A stretch of 64,000 nucleotides of DNA, from positions 6,525 through 70,524 of the forward strand of contig DATEHV010000008.1 of assembly GCA_035279445.1 (NCBI GenBank), written 5' to 3'. This document shows positions 25,975 through 34,406 of this stretch, in pieces. The notes beneath the pieces were generated by a model that saw only the letters and a list, made by a program, of their open reading frames with translations, ran no database searches and was not told the origin of the DNA. Positions within the stretch are counted from its first letter, which is position 1. Every line of letters starts with the position of its first letter. Source of the DNA: Candidatus Acidiferrales bacterium. GTDB lineage: Bacteria; Acidobacteriota; Terriglobia; Acidiferrales; UBA7541. A program made the translations under genes and the position numbers.

Positions 25975-25981
25975 GGTCCAC

Positions 25982-26569
25982 GTGACGGCAGAACACTCCA
26001 ACAAGAACGTGGCGGGCGAGTCTCCCTCGAAGAAAGCCTTGATTCTGGAGGTGGCGCACGGGCTGGCCAAGCCGCGCTTCACGCCCGCTGAAGTGGAGCA
26101 GATTCGCAGGCAATTGATCGCGCAGCTCGGCGCGCAGGGGAAGACCTCGGCGGATTACATCACGAGCGTATTGGAAGAAGCGGGCATGCGCGTGGTGTGG
26201 TCCACGCGGTCCGATACCGAGGGGCGTTACGAGGAGGAGTTCACCGACCTGCTGCACTTCTCGACGTTCACGGAAGCCGAGATGTGCCTGGTGCGGCTGG
26301 ACGAATTGCTTCGAAAGTTCCTGGTCGAGGGCGAGCGGAGCGCGACGGAGCGCGTGCGCGAAGTGGCCCGCCTGGGGCGGCGCCGCGCGGAGATGATCGC
26401 GCGGAATCACAAGGTGGAGCCGGAGAAGCGGGCGCACAAGGAAGAGGTCGCCCAGTGGTTCGCCATTTGGCTGGAGACGCCGGACGCGTTTTTCGACTGG
26501 CTCGAGCTGCGCAAGCAATCTCCCGAGTTTCAGAAAAGCTTCCCGCACGGATTCGACGACGAGGATTAG
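25982..26569 (+). CDS. Hypothetical protein (no recognisable family)
   Basis: 195 codons from GTG at 25982, with strong GC3 and a helical, charged sequence. Its stop TAG at 26567-26569 abuts the next start. Confidence 0.55.
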   Translation: MTAEHSNKNVAGESPSKKALILEVAHGLAKPRFTPAEVEQIRRQLIAQLGAQGKTSADYITSVLEEAGMRVVWSTRSDTEGRYEEEFTDLLHFSTFTEAEMCLVRLDELLRKFLVEGERSATERVREVARLGRRRAEMIARNHKVEPEKRAHKEEVAQWFAIWLETPDAFFDWLELRKQSPEFQKSFPHGFDDED

Positions 26570-27124
26570 GTGTATCTGCTTGACATCGAACCGCTCGATT
26601 TGGGTGCGGACGTGCGCTCGGTCGGCCTCGATCTCGTGGAGGCGGATGAGAATCGCGAGCCGGTGCGCGGCGACGACGCGGCGCGCATCTGGAGCCGCGT
26701 CCTTCGAGCGGCGGCGGGCCCGGAACCCTGGACTCTCGATTTTTTCAGCCACCTCGAACGCGTGCGCGAATTCTGCGAACATCACCAGATTGCCTATCGC
26801 GAGGCCAGCAAACGCGCAATTGCGATTCCCGCGCCGGAGCCGGCCGCTCTCGAATCCCTCATCGGCCGATTTCAGGGCGAGACCTTCGGAGCCCGCGCCG
26901 GCGCGCCGGTGGTTTCGGGCGATCCCGCTCTCGAGGGTGAGCTCGCGGGCCGTGGCGTTGACGCCTACCATGCCGCTTTTCCAAAATATTTCTTCTGCGC
27001 CGTGTGCGGATTTGAAGATGGCTCGCTCGTCCTGCTGAGCCAGAGGCTTTCGGCCGGAGAAGTGATTCGCCGCGTGCGGCCCGTGCTGCAAGAACTCGAC
27101 GTCGAAGTCCGCCTGCCGAATTAG
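26570..27124 (+). CDS. Hypothetical protein (no recognisable family)
   Basis: 184 codons. The GTG start is immediately after the previous stop (translational coupling). Coding-like GC3. Contains one CxxC (CAVCG). Confidence 0.55.
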   Translation: MYLLDIEPLDLGADVRSVGLDLVEADENREPVRGDDAARIWSRVLRAAAGPEPWTLDFFSHLERVREFCEHHQIAYREASKRAIAIPAPEPAALESLIGRFQGETFGARAGAPVVSGDPALEGELAGRGVDAYHAAFPKYFFCAVCGFEDGSLVLLSQRLSAGEVIRRVRPVLQELDVEVRLPN

Positions 27125-27218
27125 CCGCCTTGTCGGGGTTGCTTGGTCAGCAACCTTGGTACATCGGTACCATTCCTCCCACCAATGGTTCTAGTACAAT
27201 CGATTGGAGAGCAAGGAG

Positions 27219-30095
27219 ATGCAGCCTCTCCAAGGTGAGTTGACCGTGGCCAGCGAGTCCATAGTCCCCAATGCACGGGCCTTCGTGCGGAGCCTCAACG
27301 TTCTCCTTAAGTACTCACGGCTCTATGGTTTAGACCACCTTCGCTCTGCCGGGCAGTTCGAAGTCAGCTGGAATGAGCTGGAGGAGGCCGTCCGCGCGGC
27401 CGGGGATGCCGGGCTGCTGCTGGGAGCCTCCGGTTCGCAGCTGCTCCTGGACGGCGTCCCGCTCGAGTCCACCACCGCCGAACGCAGCTTCGCCGACCTG
27501 CTCAACAATGCCGGCGTCGCCAGCATCGCATTTCTGCCGACAGTCGGCCGCGGAGACTTCGCCAATCTGGTGAAGGCGTTCATGGAGACGGGCCCGAAGG
27601 CTGCACCACTGGGCGAACGGCTGGAGAAATACTTCGGGACGGGAAACACCGCTGGAATTCGCGTCAACGAAATCCGCTTTGTCGCTGAAGACGCGGCCTT
27701 CTCCGAGGCGCGCGTCGCCGCGCAATTGACGGTGAAGACCCTGGGAGCCGATGCCGAACGCGTGCAGGATTGGTTCCGCAGTCCCGAGAAAATGATTCAG
27801 CTGATCGCCGCGGCGGAGGGCGCGCACGGAGGGCCGGGGGGACCCGGCACGGGGCCTGGCGGACTGGGACCTGGAGCGGGACCCGGAGCGGGACCGGGAC
27901 CCGGACAGGGAGGCGGAACAGGCACGGGTTCGGGGTCTGGTGGCGGTGGGGGAGGCAGCGGCACGGGTTCAGGGTCGGGTGGTGGATTCGCCGGCGCCGG
28001 AACTGGCGGCGGTGGCGTCGCAGGAGTCGGAATCGGAGCAGGCGGTTCGGGGTCAGCAGTAGGATTCCTGAGCGGCATGCAGGGTGGGGGCTCCGCCCAA
28101 GTTCCGCCGATGGGTGAGGCGGAAATGCAGAGTTTGTTGCGGCTGCTTGCGCAGTTTGGCGAAGCCACCCACGCCAAGTCCGTGCAAGTGACCGACCAGC
28201 TGGCCTGGACACAGAAGCTCGCCGCGCTGCCTCAAAATGCGCAGTGGACTCTGCGGCAGGCGCTGGCAACCGTGGCGGCGAAGACTCCCTCGGCAAAAGT
28301 GGACGAGACCATGCTGCTGCGGCTGGCCGAAGACCTGGCAATCCGCTTCGCGCTCGATCGCTTCCAGCGCGGCGAAGTGCGCGTCAACGCCGTGCGGCAG
28401 ATGCTCGACAAGATGGGCCACGAGCTGGAAACGCTGCGAAAGCTGCTGAAGGCACGCGAGGACAAGATGGCCACCGCGGGACTCGCGGTGGAATCTCACG
28501 CGGATGTGCTCGACCGCCAGTTCTGGGCCGCGGTGCCGGAATCGGGCAAGCGAGCGGTGCTCACCTCGGCGGAGGCGTGGTGCATCCCGCCGCGGAACGT
28601 GCAGCAATACGTCGAAGAGCTGCTCGGGCGCGGCGAAGCGGATGTCGCCGGAGACGTGCTGCTGAAATATGCGTCGTGCGTGCGAAACAAGGATGCGGAA
28701 GCGCGAAAGAAGGCCGCCATCGGGCTGGGCCAGCTCGCGGAGTTGTACAGCAAAGGAGCGAGCCAGCGATTGCAGGACGCACTCACCCAGATCGGGCAGC
28801 AACTGGCCGCCGAAAAGGACGCGGAGCTACAGACTTTGTTGAGCGCGGCTTTCGTGCGATTGAGCCAGGAAGCGGCTTCGCGGCGCTACTACCGCGCGAT
28901 GCAGCAAGCGCTCGATTCGATCACCGACCTCGAGGAACTCCGCCCGGCGTGGGCGCAAAGCCTGCGTCCACGGCTGGGAGTTGAAAACCGAATTTCTGAA
29001 TTCATCGAAGAGGCGCTGACGGCCGAGGCGATGCCGGAAGGCCTGGTGGGCTTGCTGATGCGCGTTCCGCAAGGGGCGGCGGAGCAACTCGCGGTGCGGC
29101 TGGCGCGTTCGGGGCGGCGCAGCGAGCGGGAGGCCGTGGTCCAGCTGGCAAAAGAGGTGGGAAGCGCCTGCGCCAGGCATTTGAAGGAAATCCTCAAGTC
29201 GGAGGCGCCTGCCAAAGCGGCGACGGTCGTGGGGCTGCTGAGCCGCGTGGACGTGCAGGCCGTGGAGGATCTGCTGCCCGTGCGACTGCGGAACGGCGGG
29301 CGCGGCTTCCACGATGCGGCCGTGCGCCAGCTCTCGATCGCGGGAGCGCCGGAACGCGGCCAGCTGCTCGCGGACTCGATCGAAATGCTGGACCCGATGG
29401 TCTTGCCGCTGGCGCTCGATGAAATCGGAATGTGCGCGGACCAGAAGACCGCGACGATGCTTCTCCGATTGGCGGAAGGAGAGATCCTGCCGGACGGCGC
29501 CGAGTACCTGCGCGTCAAGGCGATCGAAGCGCTGGGTCGGATGCGCGCATTGGCCGCCGCGGGACATCTGCGGCGTTTTGTGGAAGCGCGAAAGGCATTC
29601 GGCTGGGCCTATCCGGAGGAGATGCGCATGGCGGCGGCGCAGGCTTTGATGAAGCTCGATCCGGAATGGATGGAGGCGTTTCTGTCCCACTCGGGCCTGG
29701 ATCAGAGAGTGATGGCGCTCGCTCCGCTGGACCCGATACCCGACCGCGACGTCGTGCGGCATCGGCGGTATCGCAGAATTCGGCTGCCGCGGAATGTGCC
29801 CGCCGTGATTACGTCGGCGCGCGGAAAGTATTCATCGGCGATCAGCGTACTGAGTCTCGAGGGCGGGCTGTTGAGCGGCGACATCCAACTCGCCGTGGGA
29901 ACGGAAGCGACGTTGAAGATTCCTGCGGGGCTTCGCTCGATCAACATGCAGGCCGTGGTGCGATTCGTTCGATCACACCAGGCGGGCTTCGAAATGGTGG
30001 GTATGGGGCTCGACGACCGCACAAAGCTTCGCCGGCTGCTCGTATCGCTGGGCAGTCCCGACCCCACGACCAGTCAACCTCAACCAAGCGAATAA
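27219..30095 (+). CDS. Large HEAT-like repeat protein with internal Gly-rich disordered region and C-terminal PilZ-like domain
   Basis: ~958 aa. Gly-rich tract GPGGPGTGPGGLGPGAGPGAG...GSGSGGGG at ~27819-28091. HEAT/PBS-lyase-like repeats (LRVKAIEALGRMRALAAAGHL). C-terminal RRYRR ... LSLEGG PilZ-type motifs. ATG at 27219 has a GGAGA 8 nt upstream; TTG at 27204 is also possible. Confidence 0.8.
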   Translation: MQPLQGELTVASESIVPNARAFVRSLNVLLKYSRLYGLDHLRSAGQFEVSWNELEEAVRAAGDAGLLLGASGSQLLLDGVPLESTTAERSFADLLNNAGVASIAFLPTVGRGDFANLVKAFMETGPKAAPLGERLEKYFGTGNTAGIRVNEIRFVAEDAAFSEARVAAQLTVKTLGADAERVQDWFRSPEKMIQLIAAAEGAHGGPGGPGTGPGGLGPGAGPGAGPGPGQGGGTGTGSGSGGGGGGSGTGSGSGGGFAGAGTGGGGVAGVGIGAGGSGSAVGFLSGMQGGGSAQVPPMGEAEMQSLLRLLAQFGEATHAKSVQVTDQLAWTQKLAALPQNAQWTLRQALATVAAKTPSAKVDETMLLRLAEDLAIRFALDRFQRGEVRVNAVRQMLDKMGHELETLRKLLKAREDKMATAGLAVESHADVLDRQFWAAVPESGKRAVLTSAEAWCIPPRNVQQYVEELLGRGEADVAGDVLLKYASCVRNKDAEARKKAAIGLGQLAELYSKGASQRLQDALTQIGQQLAAEKDAELQTLLSAAFVRLSQEAASRRYYRAMQQALDSITDLEELRPAWAQSLRPRLGVENRISEFIEEALTAEAMPEGLVGLLMRVPQGAAEQLAVRLARSGRRSEREAVVQLAKEVGSACARHLKEILKSEAPAKAATVVGLLSRVDVQAVEDLLPVRLRNGGRGFHDAAVRQLSIAGAPERGQLLADSIEMLDPMVLPLALDEIGMCADQKTATMLLRLAEGEILPDGAEYLRVKAIEALGRMRALAAAGHLRRFVEARKAFGWAYPEEMRMAAAQALMKLDPEWMEAFLSHSGLDQRVMALAPLDPIPDRDVVRHRRYRRIRLPRNVPAVITSARGKYSSAISVLSLEGGLLSGDIQLAVGTEATLKIPAGLRSINMQAVVRFVRSHQAGFEMVGMGLDDRTKLRRLLVSLGSPDPTTSQPQPSE

Positions 30096-30228
30096 CGCCG
30101 CGCGCGCCGATCGCTTTCCCGGCGTCACGGGCAACCGCGCGACTCCCGCAATCGCTGCCCTCCCCAAACCTGGCAGGGTCATCACCTTCATTGGCGCTGA
30201 ACCGTGCAACCAATTGCTTCGGGCGCGG

Positions 30229-30597
30229 TCAGCAAGCGGACGCTTTGCGTTCCGCGGCAGGAATCATTGACGGAACGATGCGGTGAAAGGGAAGCAGGCT
30301 GAAAAACTTCTGCCTGCACGGGTCGCACCGGTAGGCCGGAAAACCGGCACAGCGTTTCAAAAATACGAGGGTGCCATCATCGACGCGGTTTTTTGCGATG
30401 CGCTCGAGATCGAAATTTCCGCAGCGCGGGCAGTGGGCGTAGCGCGAGAAGGAAATCGGCACGTTCCAAGCGTGGAATCGCAGCTCGCAGGTGTGGCATC
30501 GCCACGGCCGCAGGCCCAACCCCGTGGCGACGAAATCGATGATGCCTCCGCGATGCGAACGAAAACACTCCGCACTTCGGCATCTCGGACAGATCAT
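30229..30597 (-). CDS. Cys-rich double zinc-ribbon protein (hypothetical)
   Basis: 122 aa with four CxxC pairs (CPRC, CHTC, CPRC, CDPC) spaced as two zinc ribbons. Confidence 0.6.
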   Translation of the reverse strand: MICPRCRSAECFRSHRGGIIDFVATGLGLRPWRCHTCELRFHAWNVPISFSRYAHCPRCGNFDLERIAKNRVDDGTLVFLKRCAGFPAYRCDPCRQKFFSLLPFHRIVPSMIPAAERKASAC

Positions 30598-30715
30598 TTC
30601 GGCGTGCCCCCCAGGATATTTCCGGTGAGCATACCGAAAACCTCCCGCAGCGGCAAGAGCTGCGAGAGGAGAGAAACCCGCGGACGGTGTAAGATACGCT
30701 GAAGAAGGAACCCGA

Positions 30716-31147
30716 ATGGCCGACTATACCGCCGCGCACGCACGGGCAGGAATTGACGCCAAGCTGCCCAAACTCGACACATGGCCGAACCATTTTCCCG
30801 GCTACGAAATCACGATTCGATTTCCCGAATACACGTCGGTATGTCCCAAGACGGGGCTGCCCGATTACGGCGCGATCACAATCCGGTATCAGCCGAAGAA
30901 GCTGTGCCTGGAGCTGAAGGGCCTCAAGATGTACTTGCTGGCATACCGCAACCTCGGAATTTTCTATGAGAACGCGGTGAACCGGATGCTGCGTGATATC
31001 GTCGCGGCCATCCGCCCGGATTGGTGCCGCGTCACCGGCGAGTTCACGCCGCGCGGCGGCTTGACGACGACCGTCGAGGCTCGCTGGTCCGGCGGTAGAG
31101 GCGCGAGGCGCGCCGGGGATAGACTTCGCACTCCGGCTCGGCGATAA
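30716..31147 (+). CDS. queF: NADPH-dependent 7-cyano-7-deazaguanine reductase QueF (type I)
   Basis: FPEYTSVCPKTGLPDYG (catalytic Cys context), ELKGLKMYL and FYENAVNRMLRDI are typical of YkvM-type QueF. Confidence 0.9.
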   Translation: MADYTAAHARAGIDAKLPKLDTWPNHFPGYEITIRFPEYTSVCPKTGLPDYGAITIRYQPKKLCLELKGLKMYLLAYRNLGIFYENAVNRMLRDIVAAIRPDWCRVTGEFTPRGGLTTTVEARWSGGRGARRAGDRLRTPARR

Positions 31148-31189
31148 TCCGCACAAGCAATGCGCGGCGATTGCCGCCAAGGAGGCTCG

Positions 31190-32053
31190 ATGAGTTCGAC
31201 CCCGGATCCAATCGTTGAAGGAGCGGTTCTGCCGCGCTGGGTGACGGTGCTTTTTGTCATCGCATTTGCGCTGGTCGGCTATCTTCTGTACGCCGACTAC
31301 GCGCAGCGGGATGCCCTGCACAAGAGCCAGGAGGACGCGGCGAAGAAGACGCAGGCGATGGTCGCCGAACTCGACAAGACCAACTCGCGAATCGCGGACT
31401 TGAAAGGGCAGTTGGACGTCACGTCGCAGAAACTGGGATTGACGGAAGATGAGCTCGCCCGCGCTCGCGGCCTGGCGACGGCCGTGCGATCAGAACAGCA
31501 GAAAAGCGACACCCAGTTTCGCCAAGAGCTTGGCGCGGTTCAGGCGGATACTTCGACGAAGTTCGGGCAGATGGCGACGCAGCTCAACGGGACGCAGACG
31601 GATCTGAACGCGACGAAAGCGGATCTCGAAGCCACCAAGGGTCAGATGCAGAGTATGAAGGGCGACTTGGGAGTCCAGAGCGGCTTGATCGCCCGGAATC
31701 ACGACGAAGTGGAAGAGCTGAAGCGAATCGGCGAGCGCGATATCTTCGAATTCTCGCTGAACAGGTCGGCGAAAGGCCCCGAGCACGTCGGCCCGATTCA
31801 GGTGCAGCTCCGCAAGACGGACACCAAGAAATTCAAGTACACGGTGAACGTGGTCGCCGACGACAAGACCATCGAAAAGAAGGACAAGACGGTCGGCGAG
31901 CCCGTCCAGTTTTACGTCCGCGGCGCGCGCGCGCCTTACGAGATCGTCGTGTTTGACGTTTCCAAGAACGGGGCGAAGGGTTATTTGAGCGCGCCGAAGT
32001 CCGCGGCCGCTGCACCCCCCGCGCCAGCCGCTGCCCCGCCGCCGGCGAATTGA
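31190..32053 (+). CDS. Membrane-anchored coiled-coil protein (hypothetical)
   Basis: AAGGAGG RBS before the ATG at 31190. One TM helix (WVTVLFVIAFALVGYLLY), a ~150-aa heptad-like region, a small beta-rich C-domain and an Ala/Pro tail. Confidence 0.65.
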   Translation: MSSTPDPIVEGAVLPRWVTVLFVIAFALVGYLLYADYAQRDALHKSQEDAAKKTQAMVAELDKTNSRIADLKGQLDVTSQKLGLTEDELARARGLATAVRSEQQKSDTQFRQELGAVQADTSTKFGQMATQLNGTQTDLNATKADLEATKGQMQSMKGDLGVQSGLIARNHDEVEELKRIGERDIFEFSLNRSAKGPEHVGPIQVQLRKTDTKKFKYTVNVVADDKTIEKKDKTVGEPVQFYVRGARAPYEIVVFDVSKNGAKGYLSAPKSAAAAPPAPAAAPPPAN

Positions 32054-33105
32054 CCGTATCGCGCTCGGGGGCGGGAGATACGCGTCTTTTGCAAGAGCTT
32101 CTGCTCGCGTTCGTGGCGGCTGCCTGCGCGTGCGGCGTTAGCGGGACGGTAAGCCGCGCGCAGGATACTGGGAAGGCCGCCGAGCATCCGCTTCAATCCG
32201 CCACCGAACTCGTGAAGGTGGAGACGAGCGTGGTGGACAAGCGCGGCGATTTCGTCAGCGGCCTTTCGCAGAGCGATTTTCGAGTATTCGACGGCGGAGC
32301 CGAGCGGCCGATTGAGTTCTTCGCGCCGGTCGAGGCTCCGGCGCAAGTGCTCGTGATGATCGAGACGAGCCCCGCCGTCTACCTGATCCACAACGAGCAT
32401 CTCGTCGCAGCGTACGCTCTTCTGGACGGCCTCGCCGCCGACGATCAGGTGGCGCTCGTCACCTACGATCAGAAACCCCGCGCAGTCCTCGACTTTACGC
32501 CGGACAAATCCGCACTGCTCGCGGCGATCAATCAAGTGCAGTACACAATCGGCATGGGCGAGCTGAATTTTTACGACTCGGTCTCGGCGGTGCTCGACTG
32601 GCTCGCAACCACATCGGGGAAGCGGGCGATGGTGATTCTCTCGACCGGACTCGATTCCTCCCCGCCGGAGCGCTGGGACTTGCTCGTGCAGAAATTGCAA
32701 GGCGAGGACGTAGTCATTTTTTCCGTGGCGCTGGGCGGCACCCTACGCGGGGACACCGACAAGCAGCCGAAGAAGGGTGCGGCGAAGCGCGGCGCCAAGC
32801 AGGGAGGCTCCGCCGCGGAGGCGGAGTTCGCCAGGGCCGATAGCGCCCTCCGTTCGCTTGCCTCCATTACCGGCGGGCGCGCCTATTTTCCTCAATCGGG
32901 CAAGGACTTCGCGCCGATCTACCACGAGATCGCGACGGCGCTGGGGCATCAATATGTGCTGGGGATCGTGCCGGCACACGACGGGCAGTATCACACGCTC
33001 GGCGTCCAGGTGCTCGATCGTGGCAGCGCGCCCGCGGCGACATCCTCGAAAAAAGCCGAATATCGCGTACTCGCCCGTGCCGGATATCTGGCTCCGAGGC
33101 CTTGA
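32050..33105 (+). CDS. VWFA-related acidobacterial-type domain protein (secreted)
   Basis: The N-terminal VETSVVDKRGDFVSGLSQSDFRVFDGG...PIEFF module followed by a vWA-like fold (VMIETSPAV...VALVTYD...) resembles the TIGR03436-type architecture. The start overlaps the previous stop. Confidence 0.78.
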   Translation: MTVSRSGAGDTRLLQELLLAFVAAACACGVSGTVSRAQDTGKAAEHPLQSATELVKVETSVVDKRGDFVSGLSQSDFRVFDGGAERPIEFFAPVEAPAQVLVMIETSPAVYLIHNEHLVAAYALLDGLAADDQVALVTYDQKPRAVLDFTPDKSALLAAINQVQYTIGMGELNFYDSVSAVLDWLATTSGKRAMVILSTGLDSSPPERWDLLVQKLQGEDVVIFSVALGGTLRGDTDKQPKKGAAKRGAKQGGSAAEAEFARADSALRSLASITGGRAYFPQSGKDFAPIYHEIATALGHQYVLGIVPAHDGQYHTLGVQVLDRGSAPAATSSKKAEYRVLARAGYLAPRP

Positions 33106-33156
33106 CTCGTATAATCTCAGGGCGCGCCCGAGTTTAGGGAGGCGCGCGGAGGCTTC

Positions 33157-34380
33157 ATGAACCGGCGAGTTGCCATTTTGTCGGGGGCGATATTTGCGCT
33201 GATCGCCGGGCGATCGGGCCGGGTGGGATTGACGGCACAGCCCTCGCCGCACGCCCAAGCGAACGCCGCACCCGCGCAGCAACCGGTTGCTTACGCCCGC
33301 TTCGCGTTCGGCGGGAATGCCGCTCAGATTCCCGCGGAGTTCATCGGCAATCTAATCCTCGTGCCCGCGCACGTCAGGCAGAGCCAGCCGTTGCTCTTTG
33401 AACTCGATTCGACGGCGGCGGTTTCGTCGATCGACCCCGGTCGCGCGTCCGAGCTAGGTATCGCAGACCTGCGGGCCCCGGTCCTCAATTTTAGCGGCGT
33501 CGATATTTCGCTCAGCGGCATCGCCAAAATCGCCCGAAAAGATTTCAGCGCGCAGGTGGGACGGCCGTACGAAGGCACCATCGGCAACGACATCCTCGAG
33601 GGCGTCGTAGTCGAACTGGATTACGTGCGCCAAGGGGTGCGGCTCTACGATCCGGCACCTTACCAATATTCCGGCAAAGGCAAGATCCTTCCTTTGACTT
33701 TTGTCGGAGGAATGCCGGTAGTGAAAGCGAGGGTCACCATCGGGGGGCGCAAGGCTCCTGACGCCGATTTCATTGTGAACACGGCCCTTGACGCGCCCGT
33801 GGTTATTTCCGACAAGTTCGCGCAGGCGCACCATCTTATCTCGTCACATACGAGAACGATTCCCGCGACCGGACTGCAGCTCGGCGGGAGCGATCGCGCC
33901 GTGTTCGCGAGACTGGAGGAATTCCAGATCGGACCTTACAGGGTAGAGGAGCCGCTCGCGGCGTTTTCTCAGGGGAGTTTGCCGGACGCCGGCGACTTGC
34001 GCATTGCCGGCGAAATCGGCGGAGGGATGCTGCGGCGCTTTGACGTGGTTTTCGATTACGCGCGGCGGCAGATGATTCTCGACCCCAGCAGCGACTTCCG
34101 TGCCGACGATCTCGAAAACATGAGCGGGCTCTCGATCGTCGCCAAAGGGCCGGGGCTCAAGCAGTTTGAGATCGCGGAAGTGAGGCCCGGATCGCCGGGG
34201 GCCGACGCGGGAATCCGGAAAGGCGATGTTATTGCGGGCGTGGACGAGGAAGCCGCCGCGGATCTTTCGCTGGTTTCCATCCGCGACCTTTTTCGTCAGG
34301 TGGGTCACAAGTACAAGCTGCTGATTGAACGGGACGGCAGAACGCTTCCGATTACCGTCCAAATGCGCCGCCAGCTCTGA
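33157..34380 (+). CDS. Secreted retropepsin-like aspartyl protease with C-terminal PDZ domain
   Basis: Signal peptide, two aspartic-protease-like half sites (LFELDSTAAVS, FIVNTALDAPV), and a PDZ domain (IAEVRPGSPGADAGIRKGDVIAGVDE). Confidence 0.72.
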   Translation: MNRRVAILSGAIFALIAGRSGRVGLTAQPSPHAQANAAPAQQPVAYARFAFGGNAAQIPAEFIGNLILVPAHVRQSQPLLFELDSTAAVSSIDPGRASELGIADLRAPVLNFSGVDISLSGIAKIARKDFSAQVGRPYEGTIGNDILEGVVVELDYVRQGVRLYDPAPYQYSGKGKILPLTFVGGMPVVKARVTIGGRKAPDADFIVNTALDAPVVISDKFAQAHHLISSHTRTIPATGLQLGGSDRAVFARLEEFQIGPYRVEEPLAAFSQGSLPDAGDLRIAGEIGGGMLRRFDVVFDYARRQMILDPSSDFRADDLENMSGLSIVAKGPGLKQFEIAEVRPGSPGADAGIRKGDVIAGVDEEAAADLSLVSIRDLFRQVGHKYKLLIERDGRTLPITVQMRRQL

Positions 34381-34406
34381 TCCCCGGCGGAGGGCGCTCG
34401 AGATCG

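Noticed and set aside
30598-30715. preQ1 riboswitch upstream of queF.
   Set aside because: I could not find the conserved preQ1-I or preQ1-II features, such as a short hairpin followed by an A-rich tail ending near the RBS. The region is a divergent promoter with no obvious structure. An Infernal scan would be decisive.
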